Assembly: GCA_033442325.1 (NCBI GenBank) | Contig: JAWQFM010000035.1 | Location: 591,096-655,095, forward strand | Direction of reading: 5' to 3' | Length of the DNA: 64,000 bases | Source: Salpingoeca rosetta | Taxonomy: Eukaryota; Protista; Choanoflagellata | Shown here: positions 32,574 through 45,454 of the stretch, piece after piece | How the letters are laid out: each line of letters opens with the position of its first letter | Numbering within the stretch: position 1 is the first letter of the stretch | Translations under genes and position numbers: made by a program | Notes under the pieces: generated by a model | The model's input: the letters and a program-made list of their open reading frames with translations, nothing else | Told to the model about the DNA's origin: nothing | Database searches by the model: none

Positions 32574-32969
32574 CACACACACACACCACACACACAATTG
32601 CACAACACAACACAACACACACATGCGCCACCTTTGCTCTGCAGTTTTGTCAGGCACATACTAGCTTCATCCATCCGTCCACGGAACCGGTTCAGAGACA
32701 CGAACGACCCACGTCTCACGCAGCCACAACCCCACAAGCATAATCTATCGTCCCTCATCAATCCTCGCCCATCTGCACGTCTGCACCAACGCTCACACAC
32801 GACAACGACAACAACAACAACCACGGCACCGCCACCTTCTACAACGGCGAGGGCAGGTGCAGCTGCGTGCGTTCATTCCCGTGGCCGCCGGCACCAGCCA
32901 TTGAGTGCCAATGGCTGTGTCCGACATTACATACATACGCACGTACCCGATGACAGCAGCGCACTCATC

Positions 32970-33596
32970 ATGCCATCCAAGCAACGCAAACAGCGAGTGC
33001 AGCAGCAGCAACAGAACAAGCCGTGCGCTGCTTCTTGTCGCGTAAGGCGCCAACCACCATCAATACCACCACGCCAACAATCACGGAGTGGTGGTCGCAT
33101 TCACATGGCTGTTGTGGCGGTGGCAGTTCTGGCGCTGTTCGCACTGCTGGCCATCACAGCAACCACAGCCGCCGCCACAACACCACCATCAACACAGGTG
33201 GGCCGCGTGCAATGGAGAGTGGTCACCCGAGCATACAACGACTCCCACTTCACCCTCGCCCTCGTTCCCAACAACATCAGCACTACCAGCAACAGCAGCA
33301 GCAGCATCAGCAACAGCAGCATCAACATCAACATAAGCAGCGTGGTGGGTGAAGATGGACCACCGCCACAGAGCCCGTTCGCCATTCTTCCCGCCATCAC
33401 GGTGCTTGACTCTCCACATGTGGTTGGTATGACCGCTGGTGGTGGTGCGTCGAGCGACGATGACTATGACACCGAGGACGACGCATTCTACCCACCGGCA
33501 TCGTGGGTTCTGGCCACCAACAACACCGTCGTGCTTACTCTCCGGCCCAACGTCGAAGTGAAGGCACGGAACACGGTGGCAACACCAGCATCATCG

Positions 33597-33644
<48 letters not shown>

Positions 33645-36600
33645 CGGCCACTGCCCATCTTCCAGTTCACATCATCGCCAGACCACGTGCAAGAGGCGCT
33701 ACAGCTCTTTCGCGTGCACGTCTTCCTCTCACCAACCACAACAGTATCCACCACCAATGCAACCACCAACAACAACACCACCAATACCACCAATACCACC
33801 ACCACGACTGCTGGCGTTGCTGTGCTGCTGCCGTATTGCAAGCGCGTGTATTCCCCGCGCTGCTTTGCGCCGGACCGCCCGTATGTGCTCGAGTGGGCGA
33901 CGGCGTTTGGCGCCGTGCCTGCGCTCGCCCCCGATGCGGCTGCAGCAACTCCAACACCTGCTGCCAACAGTAACAACAGTAACAACAACAGCAGCAGCAG
34001 CAGTGCATTTGATGCTGACGTTGGCGGTTACATGGCCACCCCGCTTGTCCTTGTCGACAGCAGCAGCAGTGCAATGGACATTGACACACCGCCAGGCGAA
34101 GACATCAACAATACCAACAACACTACTACCACCAGCAATGCCACCACCAACAACACTACTACCACCAGCAACACCACCAGCACCAGCGCAGCGGATGCGT
34201 TGTTTGCGAGTGCAGAGGTGGTGCTCACGACACCGTCCCCGCGTGTCCCCGTCGTGTCGTTTGAGACGATGGCTGTCGGGAGCACGTGGGCGGCGTGTCG
34301 CATCGTCCTCAATCGCTCCGACATCACCGTTGTTGCTGCGCTGTACATCGACCGTTTGGGCAACGCCGAGTTTGACTTTGACCCCAACAACCTCGACACG
34401 CCCATTCTGGACGCAGGTGTCATTGACGTTGTCATGGACGGGCTAAACGCGTTTACCGTCGCCCTGTACAACCTGCATCCGTTTACCCACTACCGCCTCG
34501 CCCTCTCGCTGCACACGCCCACGGGCGCCTATGCCCGCGAGCAACTGACGTTCACGACGCTTGTGGACAGTCCAACCACGCCCCTTGTTGACATGCGCGT
34601 GCAGACGTGGTCTGTGTTTGAGACGTCGTTCCTGGCGCGTGCAGACCCGATACAGCCTGCCACGGGCATTGTGCATCTGATCGAGACGGAGATTCGCGAC
34701 ACGCTCACCAACGAGGTGAGCACGTACGAGCACAGCTGGGGCATCAACGCAGGCTACTGCGCCAACCCCTCGGAGAGCAAACCCTCGTTCAGTTGGTTTG
34801 TTGGCGGCGTGCTGCCCAACACGCGCTATGAGCTGCGGTCACGCGCAATCCTCTATCCGCAGCACACCTCTGACCTGATTCGCACGTTTGGGTCCGTTGT
34901 TGTGCTCGATCCAACCTTCCAAGCAGCACCAGCACCGGAGACCCTGCACCAAGCTCGCGCTGGTGCTGATGCTGTTGTGAACGGTGACACGGTTGATGCT
35001 GTTGTGAATGGTGATGGTGGTGATGATGCTGTTGTGAATGGTGATGGTGCTGGTGCTGGTCGTCGTCGCCGCTATGCTGCCACGGATGGCATTGATGCCG
35101 TAGAGGCGATGGATGATGCTGCTGTTGGTGGTGATGGCAGCATGCACGCTGCCCTGCTCGACGACAGCGCTGCCACCGCTGCTGGTGGGACTGTGATTGG
35201 ACGGCGGGTGAGGCGCGTCACACCACCACCACCAGCAGCAGCAGCAGCAGCAGCCGCCGCTGACGACAGCGATGAAGGTGGACGGAACGTGGACGGGACA
35301 GCGGCGCCACCCTCAGATGTTCAGCTCGAGTCGCCGTGGACGGAGTGGGTCACGGTGACCACCAAGCAGGCAACGCAGCCAGCGCTGATACTGGAGGTGC
35401 AGTCGCTCAACGCCACGCACTTTGTGGTGATGTGGCAGGACCAGCGGCCCTTTGCGCCGCTTGTTCGCGTCGACTACTTTGTGTATGATGCAAGCAACGA
35501 CACCGTCCTGAACGGAACGCAACCGGACACAACCGCCACCAGCATCATCCTCAGCCACGCCCACCTGTACCCGATGGGCGCCCGTGCCGTGACTGCTGTT
35601 GTTGTGAATGCCATTGGGGCAAGCCCACGCAGCAACAGGGTGCAGGTGCCCGCGTACACGCCACCACCACCACCATCTGACAACAGCGGCAGCACGGGCG
35701 GTGTTGCGCTGCCTGGGTATGCACTGGGCATCATCATTGCCGTCGTCGTCATCGTTCCACTTGTCGCGTGCTACGGTGCGGCGCTTGGAGAACAGGGGTG
35801 GCGGGTGGGGGACGTGTTGGGACTCGGGGTGGTGATTGGTGTTGCTGTGGATGTGTGTGTGTGTGTGTGATGGGGGGATTGGCTTGACAGCTTTCACGAT
35901 GACATCTTCCTGCTTGTATTATTGTGAATGCCCGTCTTGCTCACACCTTAACGCCTGCTCTGATGTTCATCACACACGCACACGCACACGCACACGCACG
36001 CGCGCGCACACACACATGTTCACGACTGCAGTGATTTGGCGGTACCGGGTGAATGTTCTGTTCCAGTTCCCCGAGGAGGACGAGTGGGAGCTGAAGCGCT
36101 CTGCTGTGACGCTCGGTCGCGAGATTGGGCGCGGCGAGTTTGGTGTCGTCAGGAAGGGCGTCTTCAACGACCAGGTGCACACACACACACACATGTATAC
36201 ACACGCACACACACACACACATGCACACACAAAAACACACACACGCATGCACACACAAACACACACACACCCACGCACGCACGCACGCACGCACGCACAT
36301 CCATGTATGTGGTGTTTCTTGTATGCATACTGCCTGGTTGATAATGTATGAATGTGCTTGTGATGCGATAGTCAATTATCTCACTCTGTTTGACTCTTTT
36401 CCGTCTCATGCATCACATTCATCCCACTCATCACTGCCCGTGTCCCTCCAATCCATTATTGCTGCGGTCAGGTTGTTGCTGTGAAGATGTTGCGTGCAGG
36501 CACGGGCCTCGAGCAAGCGCGCGCATTCATTGACGAAGCGAACGTCATGAAACAACTTTGCCAAGCAGGTACATATCCTGTGTGTATGTGTGTATGTGTT

Positions 36601-38513
36601 TGGCTCAGTTGCACTCCTTTCAGTTCGATCTCCACCCCTGGTTGCCTTTGAGTGTGTGACTTGCTTTGTGAAGGACATCTCACCCACTCCACTCCACGCA
36701 TCACACGTGCTCCTTCCTTCCTTCCTTCCTTCCTTCCTTCCTTTCTTCGTTTTGCGGTTGCTTGTGCCAGAAAACCACCCCAACATTGTGCAACTGCAGG
36801 GCGTCATGATGCAAGCGCATCCGCTTGCTGTTGTCATTGAATTCCTCAGCAACGGCTCCCTTCGCTCCCTTCTTCTCGACACACGCGCGAGGCACCCGTA
36901 AGTTGCGGCACTCGGTGCTTGCTTGCGTGCTTGTTTGTGTGTATACGTGTGTGTGTGTGTGTGCGGTGTGCGTGTGTTGGACATGTGATCCTTGTGTGAC
37001 ACGTATGTGTGTGTGTGTGTGTTTGAAATGACTTCATGTACACTCATTAGTTGCTCGCCCCACCCCACCCCCTCCTCTCCCCATTCCCAGCGTGTTTCTT
37101 GATCTGCACCAGCTGCTGCTGTTTACACTGGACATTGTTGAGGGCATGTGCTTCGTCACCAGCAAAGGCGTCATCCACCGTGACCTCGCAGGTGTGTGAT
37201 ATCTGTGAGTGTGTGTGAGTGTGTGTGTGCGAGAGAGAGAGTGTGTGTGTGTGTGTGTGCGTGTGTGTGCGCGTGTGTGTGCGCGTGTGTGTGCGCGAGA
37301 GAGAGAGAGTGTGTGTGTGTGTGTGTGTGTGTGTCTGTGTGTGTGTGTGAGTGTGTGTGAGTGTGTGCAATGGGCGGGGGCGTTGGTTGTTCGCTGTTTT
37401 TTATTTGTAGGATGGCACTGTGGTCACTGAATGGTTGATACCAGCCATCACTTCTTCCGCATCGCGTGTGATTCTCTCCACAACTCAACATCCGCTCACA
37501 CACACGCACAACGCACACAACACATATACACCCCCCTCCCAAACACCGTGCAGCGCGCAACTGTCTGGTGACCACGGACTGGACGGTGAAGATTGCAGAC
37601 TTTGGGTTTGCGCGTGCGCCCTTGCTCGAACGCAACTACCAGGCCATGTACACGAAGCGCGGTGATGTTGTGCTGCCGCTGCGATGGGTTGCGCCGGAGG
37701 TGTTCACGGACGGCCGATTCTGCGAACTGTCAGACGTGTGGTCGTTTGGCGTCACCATGTGGGAAATCTTCGCAAAGGGAGAGGTGAGCAGCTGTCGGGT
37801 TAGAGAGAGAGAGAGAGAGCGTGTGTGTGTGTGTGTGCGTGTGTGTGTGTACATGTGTGTGAATATGCGAGTGTGTGTGTGTGTGTTTGTATTTTGTGTG
37901 TGTTAGTGTGTTAGTGTGTTTGTATTTTGTGTGTGTTAGTGTGTTAGTGTGTTTGTGTTTTGTGTGTGTGTGTGTGAGCGTGTTTGTGTTTTGTGTGTGT
38001 GTGTGTGTGTGCTCGCGTCTGTCTTCACTTGTTTTGCAAGCACTTGACTTCCGCTGCTCACCTCGCCATTTACATTCACGAACAACAACAACCCCCCCTG
38101 TCACCTACGACACCTCTCCCCCTCTTCCCTTTCTTCCCCCACATCAGCTGCCGTATGCAGACATTCCTCAGGAGAAGCTCGTCTCGCAGATATTGTCTGG
38201 TCGCCGCCTGCACCAGCCCGACGACTGCCCGCGCCTCCTCTACATGCTCATGCAGCGCTGCTGGGAACGGTAAGCACGCCACGGTGCTGTGGTGTGGTGT
38301 GGTTGTGTTGCATTGTTGTTGCTGTTGTGTTGCATTGTAATCGTGTTGCTTCTTGGTTTCTTGGTGTAAGCCATGATGCGCGTCGCTTCTTGGTTTCTTG
38401 CGTCCCACATCCTCTGCTGTTCATCTCTCTTGCTCTCCCGTCCCTTTCACCCACCGCCCAACGGTTTCTCATCACCCACGCTCTTGCTGTCGCCCACTCA
38501 CCATGCCCCGCCC

Positions 38514-38608
<95 letters not shown>

Positions 38609-39203
38609 AACAACAACAAAAACAACAATAACAACAAAAACAACAACGACGACGACGACGACGACGACCACCACCACCACCACCACAGGGACCGCCCAAG
38701 CTTCAGCGCCATCAGAACGTTTATCCTGAAGGCGATTGCCAAGTTTGGCCTGTCGACGATGGAAGGGGAACGAACACACCCTGAATCGCGCATGGGTATT
38801 GCCCGCACGCCCCACGGCAGCCACGCCCACACGAGTGGCGGCAGCACCGACAGCGGCACGACGGCCGGTGGCGTCATTACAACACGCCATCGCGGCAGTG
38901 CCAAGGAGGATGGATGTGGTGGTGGCGGTTATGACGATGCTGTGACGAGCACCACCGCTCTCACGCTGGCGTCGCTGCTGCCAGCCACCACCACAACGAC
39001 AACAACAGCACCAGAAGCACCACTGTCGATGACAAGGATTGGCAGGTGTGGCGATGGGGCTCGGGACAAGGGCATGTCGGTTGGAAGCATCACCCCTGGC
39101 AGCGACACCGCACTTGGGTCGAGTCTCGATGCAGAATTGGCCGAGTGGACAGATATGCTGCTGGACAACGGCATTGATGGCACCTGCCGCACAAGCAGCG
39201 ACC

Positions 39204-39292
<89 letters not shown>

Positions 39293-39379
39293 CGCGGGGA
39301 GGTGCTTGTGCTGTTTAATGAACGCACCGGACAGCAACCCCAACACAAGTCCAACGTCATTGGCAGTAGTGTGGTGTAG
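32970..39379 (+). CDS. Receptor tyrosine kinase with FN3-like ectodomain and low-complexity/polyQ C-tail
   Basis: Start at ATG 32970 or 33105 ([24 protein letters not shown], signal peptide). FN3 signatures [47 protein letters not shown]; [19 protein letters not shown]|VIWRYR; kinase exons [45 protein letters not shown]|[55 protein letters not shown]|DRPSF; ends GSSVV* at 39379. Confidence 0.92.
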
Positions 39380-39939
39380 CATCGCGCTTGTGTGTATGTG
39401 TGCTTGTGGTTTCCGACTGAATCCCTTTGTGGAATGGCGTGGTTCCAGTGCAACGTGGTGTTTTTCGTGTGCGTGTGTAGCGTGTTGCCATGATTATCAC
39501 TATCATAATTAGCGGTTTCTGGTCTGTCTGCAAGCACCCTTGCTTGCGTCAACACTTGCCATTGCTTGTGTTATTTACGTTACATTGTGGTTTTAGTGAC
39601 ACCGTGCCCCTGCGCGTGCATTGACGCGTGTTGTGCACTGTAGAGTTACAGCTTATTCTCTTTCTAGTCATTGCTGTTCACGTCCCTGCTTGCGTTTGTG
39701 TTTTGATTTCACTCACAGTCAAACCCATCACGAGCACAAAAGCAAATGCAACACCAGAAGAAAGCGAAGACAAAGAGAGGGAAACTTTGAAGAGACACAC
39801 AGCCACACTCCCACCCACACACCCACACCCACCCACACGCGCGCGCGCACACACCCACACCCACCCACACGCGCGCGCGCGCACACACACACACACACAC
39901 ACGCACGCACACCCACACGCACACACACACACACACACC

Positions 39940-42900
39940 TCAGCAAGCGTCTGGGCAGTTCTTTGTGGTGACACCAGAACCAACAGCTACGCATGAGCCA
40001 AGACCTTTGCAGTTAAGACGAGTGATGGCAGTGCCAGTTGCGTAAATCTTCTCCTCAATCGACGTGATGGATGCAAAGTCAATGTTACTCAGCGATGTGC
40101 ACGACTGCAGAAGGAGAGAGCCTTTGATCTCCGTGAGGTCACCAAAGTCAAGGTTGGTGAGAGATGGGTTGTTACTCAGGGCAACAAAGCCGCCAACACT
40201 TGTGATGCTTCCGAAGTCAATGCTGGTGAGTTGCTCGTTTTCCTGAAAGTACATGCCGCCACCCACTTGCGTCATGTTCGGGAAGCTCAGGCTGGTGATG
40301 TGGTCGTTGTGCTGGAGGAAAATGTAATCGCCCACGCTGCTGATCATGCTAAAGTCAACCTGGGTCAGCGTTGGAATAGTGAGATCGAGCTTGCCGCCGA
40401 CGCTGCGAAGACGAGCAAACGTGACACTCTGCAGGTTGTTGTCGCTCAGGTCCAGGTCACCACGCACATGCTCGATGAGACCCAAGTCGAGCGTGGTGAT
40501 GCCGACGTTGGCGTGGACACGAAGATCGCCACCCACATGCGTTATCAGGCCAAAGTCAATACTGGTCAGGACGTTGTCGCTGACATCGAGGAAGCCACCG
40601 ATGTAGGTGAGTTTGCTGCCAAACAGGATGGAGGAGAGTTGGTTGACGCTCAAGTCAAGGTCACCGCCAATCAGGGTCAGGTCACGGAAGTTGATGGTGT
40701 GAAGATCAAAGTTGTTTCCAAGATCGAGGCGGCCACCAACATGTGTCACATTGGCGAGGTCGAAGCTGGTGATGCTGTTGTCGTTCAGGACCAGGTCACC
40801 CGTGACAACCGATAGCGCGCCAAGGTCGATGGAGGTATAGCTATTGCCTGCAAGCAGCAGGCTGCCGTTGACATGTGTGAGACGGCCGAAGGAAATGTGC
40901 TCTTGGTTGTTGTCGGGGATGATGCGCAGCGTTGCCCGTGAAGTCACTGGCTGGATATTCTCAAACACAGTCTGGGCAATCGTCAGCACACCAGCAACAG
41001 TGGGCATGCTTGCAAAGTCAACGCTGACCAGCGCTGGGTTGTTGCTGAGGTCAAGGTCGCCAGCCACGAAGGACAGCTTGCCAAAGCGGATGCTGGTGAG
41101 GGCGGGGTTATTGCTGAGGTCAACGCTGCCACCAATGTCAACCACGTTGGCAAAGTCGATGCTGGTCAGGCCGGGGTTGCTGCTGACGTCAACGTTCCGG
41201 CCAATTGAGGTAATGTTACCACAGTGGAGGCTGGTCAGGGCGTTGCTGTTGAGATCGAGGTGGTCTGTCACGGCTGTAAGGCTGCCAAAGTCCACACGCG
41301 TGAGCGCGTTCTGCTGCAGATAGAGGGAAGACACGCTCGTGAGAGCACCCAAGGACAAATTAGTGACGGCGTTGTTGTTCAGGCGAAGATAACCCAAAAC
41401 GCTTGTCAGGGCGGGTATCAGCACGCTTGTGAGCATCGGGTTGTTCTGGAACAGAAAGCTGCCGGTGCGGGTGAGGGAGCGGAGGTCAATGCTCGTGACC
41501 CTGGGATTGTTCCGCAGGAAGATGGTACTGCATGTGCCGAGTGAAGGGAAGCTGACGATGGTAAGCCCAGAGTTGTTGTCAAACTGCAGCTGAGCGGCGC
41601 TGGTGACGTTGCCAAAGCGGATGAACCTGACGCCACTGTAGGCAATCTGCAAATTATCAAGGAGCGCACCGTCCTTGAGGGAGACGCGGTTGGTCCCGAG
41701 TGACAGCCGACCTTGCACGTGTGAGAGCGCTCCAAAGTCAAGCCACTGCATGTTGCCGATGCCCACGTCCCCGCCAACAGTGGCCAGCGCACCAAACCGG
41801 ATGTGGTTGATGGGGTTTCCAGAGAAGTACATGCGGCCCCCCAGGCTTGTGATGGACCCAAAGTCGATGCTAGTGAGCGCTGTGTTGAATTCAAAGTACG
41901 CAATCCCGTCCACACGGGTGAGGTTGCTGCCGGAGAAGTCAAGGCTGGTGAGGGCTCTGTTTGAGACAAAGTACAGCATCCCGCCAACAGTTGACAGGCG
42001 GCTGAAGTTGATGCTTGTCAGGCCCGGGTTGGAATGGATGAGCAGGTCACTCCCAATAGTCTGGATGTTACCAAGGGTGAGCGTGTTGAGGCTGTTCACT
42101 GCGTTGATGCTCACCACCCCGCCCACCGTCGTGAGGAGGCCAAAGTCGATGCTGGTGAGGGAGGGGTTGGACCCAACATTCAGGTCAGCGCCAACACTGC
42201 GCACGGAGGAAAGGTCGAGGACACGCAGGTCGTTGCCGTTCAAGTTGACACCCAGACCCACGTGCGTCAGCGCGCCAAAGTCAATCTCGGTGATGACGTT
42301 GTTGGAGAGGTCGATGCTGGAGGAGACGCTGCGAACACGCTCAAACTGCACAGAGGCCAGCTGGCCGCCCTGTGCCGTGCCGCCCTGCGCCGCGACTGAC
42401 CCGACGGTGGTCACATTTCCAAATGAAAGCGCCTCTGTGGCAGGCGAGACATCCACGACGCCAATGTGCTGCAGACGGGCTGCCTCATCGCAGCAGCAGT
42501 TGTGCACTGTCGTCGCTTCACAGTAGTTGGCGCCGGAGAACCAGCCAACGACGGTGGCGTTGCTACAGTCAAGTGCAAACGGCGCAACGCACGTGGTGGT
42601 GGTGGTCGTTGTGGTGATGGTCGTGCTGGTGGTTGTCGTCGTTGTCTTCGTTGTTGCTGTGGGAGTCGTTATGGTGGTGGTCGTGGTGGTGGCAGTCTTC
42701 GTTGTTGCTGTGGGAGTCGTCGTGGCGCCACCACCGGTACTGCTGCTTGCGCTGATTGCGGGAACAGCAACAAGGGCGACAGGGACGGCGACAGCCGCGG
42801 CCACGAGAGCCGCAACCGCCACGAGCAGCAGCAGTCGGCTGCACGGCCAGCAGCGGCTGCGCTTGACAGCCACATCACTGTCCGCAACTTCAGAGTCGAG

Positions 42901-44315
42901 CAAGCGAAGGTCCTGCAGCATCGGGTTCATGACAAACGACGGCAGACCCTTTGACACGCGGTCGTTGTCCTTGGACGCGTTGCGCTTGGGTGGGGCCGGG
43001 GGTAGGGGCAGGTGTGGGTGGTTCCGGCTGCGTTCGTGCAAGAAGAGGAGACCGGCGTCTGGATCCGAGTACAGAGCCTCTTCTTCTTCCTCTTCCCCAT
43101 CGCTCTGGTGGCTGTTTTCGACGTTGTCGTACAGGGTGGTCTGTGCAAGCGGCACCGCGGGCTGCATATACCCCTCTTCGTGCTGCTGATGCTGCTGCTG
43201 TGGCATGTCGGTGAAGACATTTGCGCTGTTGCCTTCGACGTTGTCGTACAGGGCATTCTGTGCAAGCGGCATCGCGGGCTGCATGTGCTGCTCCTCGTGC
43301 TGCTGCTGATGCTGCTGTGGCATGTCGGTGATGGCGCTTGCCCTGCTGTTGTTGCCGATGTTGTCGCCATCAACGCATGTTTCAGCAACACTTCCGCCTG
43401 TGTCCTTCACCAGCAGAAAGGGCTTTGGCTGCTCGTACACGCGAAATGTGTCGTCGTCACTCTCATCCGCACGCCCAAGATCATACACGTCGTTGCCTTC
43501 CATGTCGACGGTTTCCATCTGCACGGGGCTCTCTCGAATGGCCTACACATGTGTTGTGTTGTGCATGTGATCATGTGTGTATGTGTGGGTGCATGGGTGC
43601 GTGTGCATTAGTATGCGTGTGCATGTGTGCGTGTGTGTGCGTGTGTGTGCATGGGTGCTTGCAGGTGTGCATGGGTACATGGGTGTGTGTGTGCACACAC
43701 TGCATACAATTGATTGGGTGTGCGAGCTTTTGCATGTGTGGATGCGTGGCGGTGTTGTTGAGCAGGGAGAAGCAGACGAAGGACAGATGAGCAGAAAGAA
43801 CAAGCATGCTTGGATTCAAGAATGAACCAGACAATCCACGGTGGCCTCTCTCCTCGCGTTGTCCCTGCCCTCTCGCACTGCTGTGCTCTCACCTCAAGCG
43901 CATCGGCAATCTGCTGCAGGAGCGTGTTCGGGACGCGGATGTCCCTGCCGTCGTCCTCGTCTGGGAACCAGCGGCAGTGGACAGTGTCCTTGGTGAAGTG
44001 GGCCTTTGCACTCGGCACAAGGAGCTTCGTGCACATCTTGATGAGGAAGAACGGCTTGCTTTGCTGGACCATCTGAGACAGTTCGACGCTGGTGTTCCAG
44101 GTACTGGCCGGGTCATCTTGGCCATACATGCTCGTGCCCATGGCGACAACCAAACAGCACTCGCTGAGCGCGGTCTTTGCACTCTCCTTCAGGGCGCCCA
44201 CCGCTCCGCTGGGCCCAAGGAACACGCTCAGGGCACGTCGCTCGAGAGCTGCCTTCAAAGCATGCGCAGCATTGTTGGCCTCGTCCCCTCGGAACGACAC
44301 GTACACATCGAACAT
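39940..44315 (-). CDS. Type II transmembrane receptor: N-terminal TIR-like domain, Tyr motifs and PxxP, TM, Thr stalk, about 35 LRR/receptor-L-like 22-23 aa repeats (2 exons, about 1341 aa)
   Basis: Exon 1 44315-43893 (gccATG; 141 codons; FDVYVSFRGDE..LKAALERRALSVFL..ALSECCLVVAMGTSMYG..WNTSVELSQMVQQSKPFFLI; donor GAG|gtgaga, phase 0). Exon 2 starts at 43542 (tgtag|GCC ATT CGA) in frame with the 1194-aa ORF. TM LLLLVAVAALVAAAVAVPVALVAVPAI 42834-42754, preceded by KRSR. Repeat consensus LTSIDFGxLTxVGGxLxLSNN; many N-glycosylation sequons C-terminal to the TM. Confidence 0.8.
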
Positions 44316-44573
44316 GGCAGTCACGCCGATGCTGGATTCGAGGGCCGTCAATGACAGGCCAACAAGCGCGTGCCGAGGCAACAATGGAAGTGTGGATGAA
44401 GGATGGACAGCAGGCGCCGTGTCGTCGAGTCTGTCACGCGCAACTGTCCAACTGTCGCTTGTTGTTTGTTGGGTGGGCGTGGCTGATTTTGATTTGAGCA
44501 AAATCCGGAAAATACATGCATATCGTCACGAATCGTCGTACGATCAAGTGTGTGTTGTGCATGGTGTGTGCAT

Positions 44574-44656
<83 letters not shown>

Positions 44657-44876
44657 AGACTCACGGCGTTTGGGTTGAAAAAGTTATCAAATACCGCATG
44701 CATGCATGCATGCCACTTTTTCATTTATGGCATGTCGCCAGCACGGCTGGCAGAGTTTTGACATGCGTGTTGTGTTGTGTTGTGTTGTGTTGTGTTGTGT
44801 TGTGTTGTGTTGTGTTGTGTTGTGTTGTGTTGTGTTGTGTTGTGTTGTGTTGTGTTGTGTTGTGTTGTGTTGTGTT

Positions 44877-45279
44877 NNNNNNNNNNNNNNNNNNNNNNNN
44901 NNNNNNNNNNNNNNNNNNNNNNNNNNNNNNNNNNNNNNNNNNNNNNNNNNNNNNNNNNNNNNNNNNNNNNNNNNNNNNNNNNNNNNNNNNNNNNNNNNNN
45001 NNNNNNNNNNNNNNNNNNNNNNNNNNNNNNNNNNNNNNNNNNNNNNNNNNNNNNNNNNNNNNNNNNNNNNNNNNNNNNNNNNNNNNNNNNNNNNNNNNNN
45101 NNNNNNNNNNNNNNNNNNNNNNNNNNNNNNNNNNNNNNNNNNNNNNNNNNNNNNNNNNNNNNNNNNNNNNNNNNNNNNNNNNNNNNNNNNNNNNNNNNNN
45201 NNNNNNNNNNNNNNNNNNNNNNNNNNNNNNNNNNNNNNNNNNNNNNNNNNNNNNNNNNNNNNNNNNNNNNNNNNNNNNN
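44877..45279. other. Assembly gap (N run) flanked by (TTGTG)n
   Basis: Run of n. Other gaps are at 60065-60164 and 62453-62552, inside P450 introns. Confidence 0.99.
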
Positions 45280-45345
45280 CTGTAGGTGGATGGGGTTTAT
45301 TTTGTGAGCCTGTGCTTTTTCCCCCCGGTTCCTCTTTTCTCAAGC

Positions 45346-45413
45346 TTAACTTCTCCCCCTTTTCATCACTTTAGACGCGCTCTTTTCTGTCTGTTATTCT
45401 TGTCTGTGTGTTC

Positions 45414-45454
<41 letters not shown>

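Noticed and set aside
38294-38688. PolyN/D/H tract in frame with the last RTK exon
   Set aside because: It lies in a GT-AG intron (38270-38688) whose removal restores CWER|DRPSF.
40064-43611. Plus-strand ORFs antisense to the LRR exon, and similar ones opposite the FAS1, mucin and DH exons
   Set aside because: Antisense shadows of GC-biased coding sequence.
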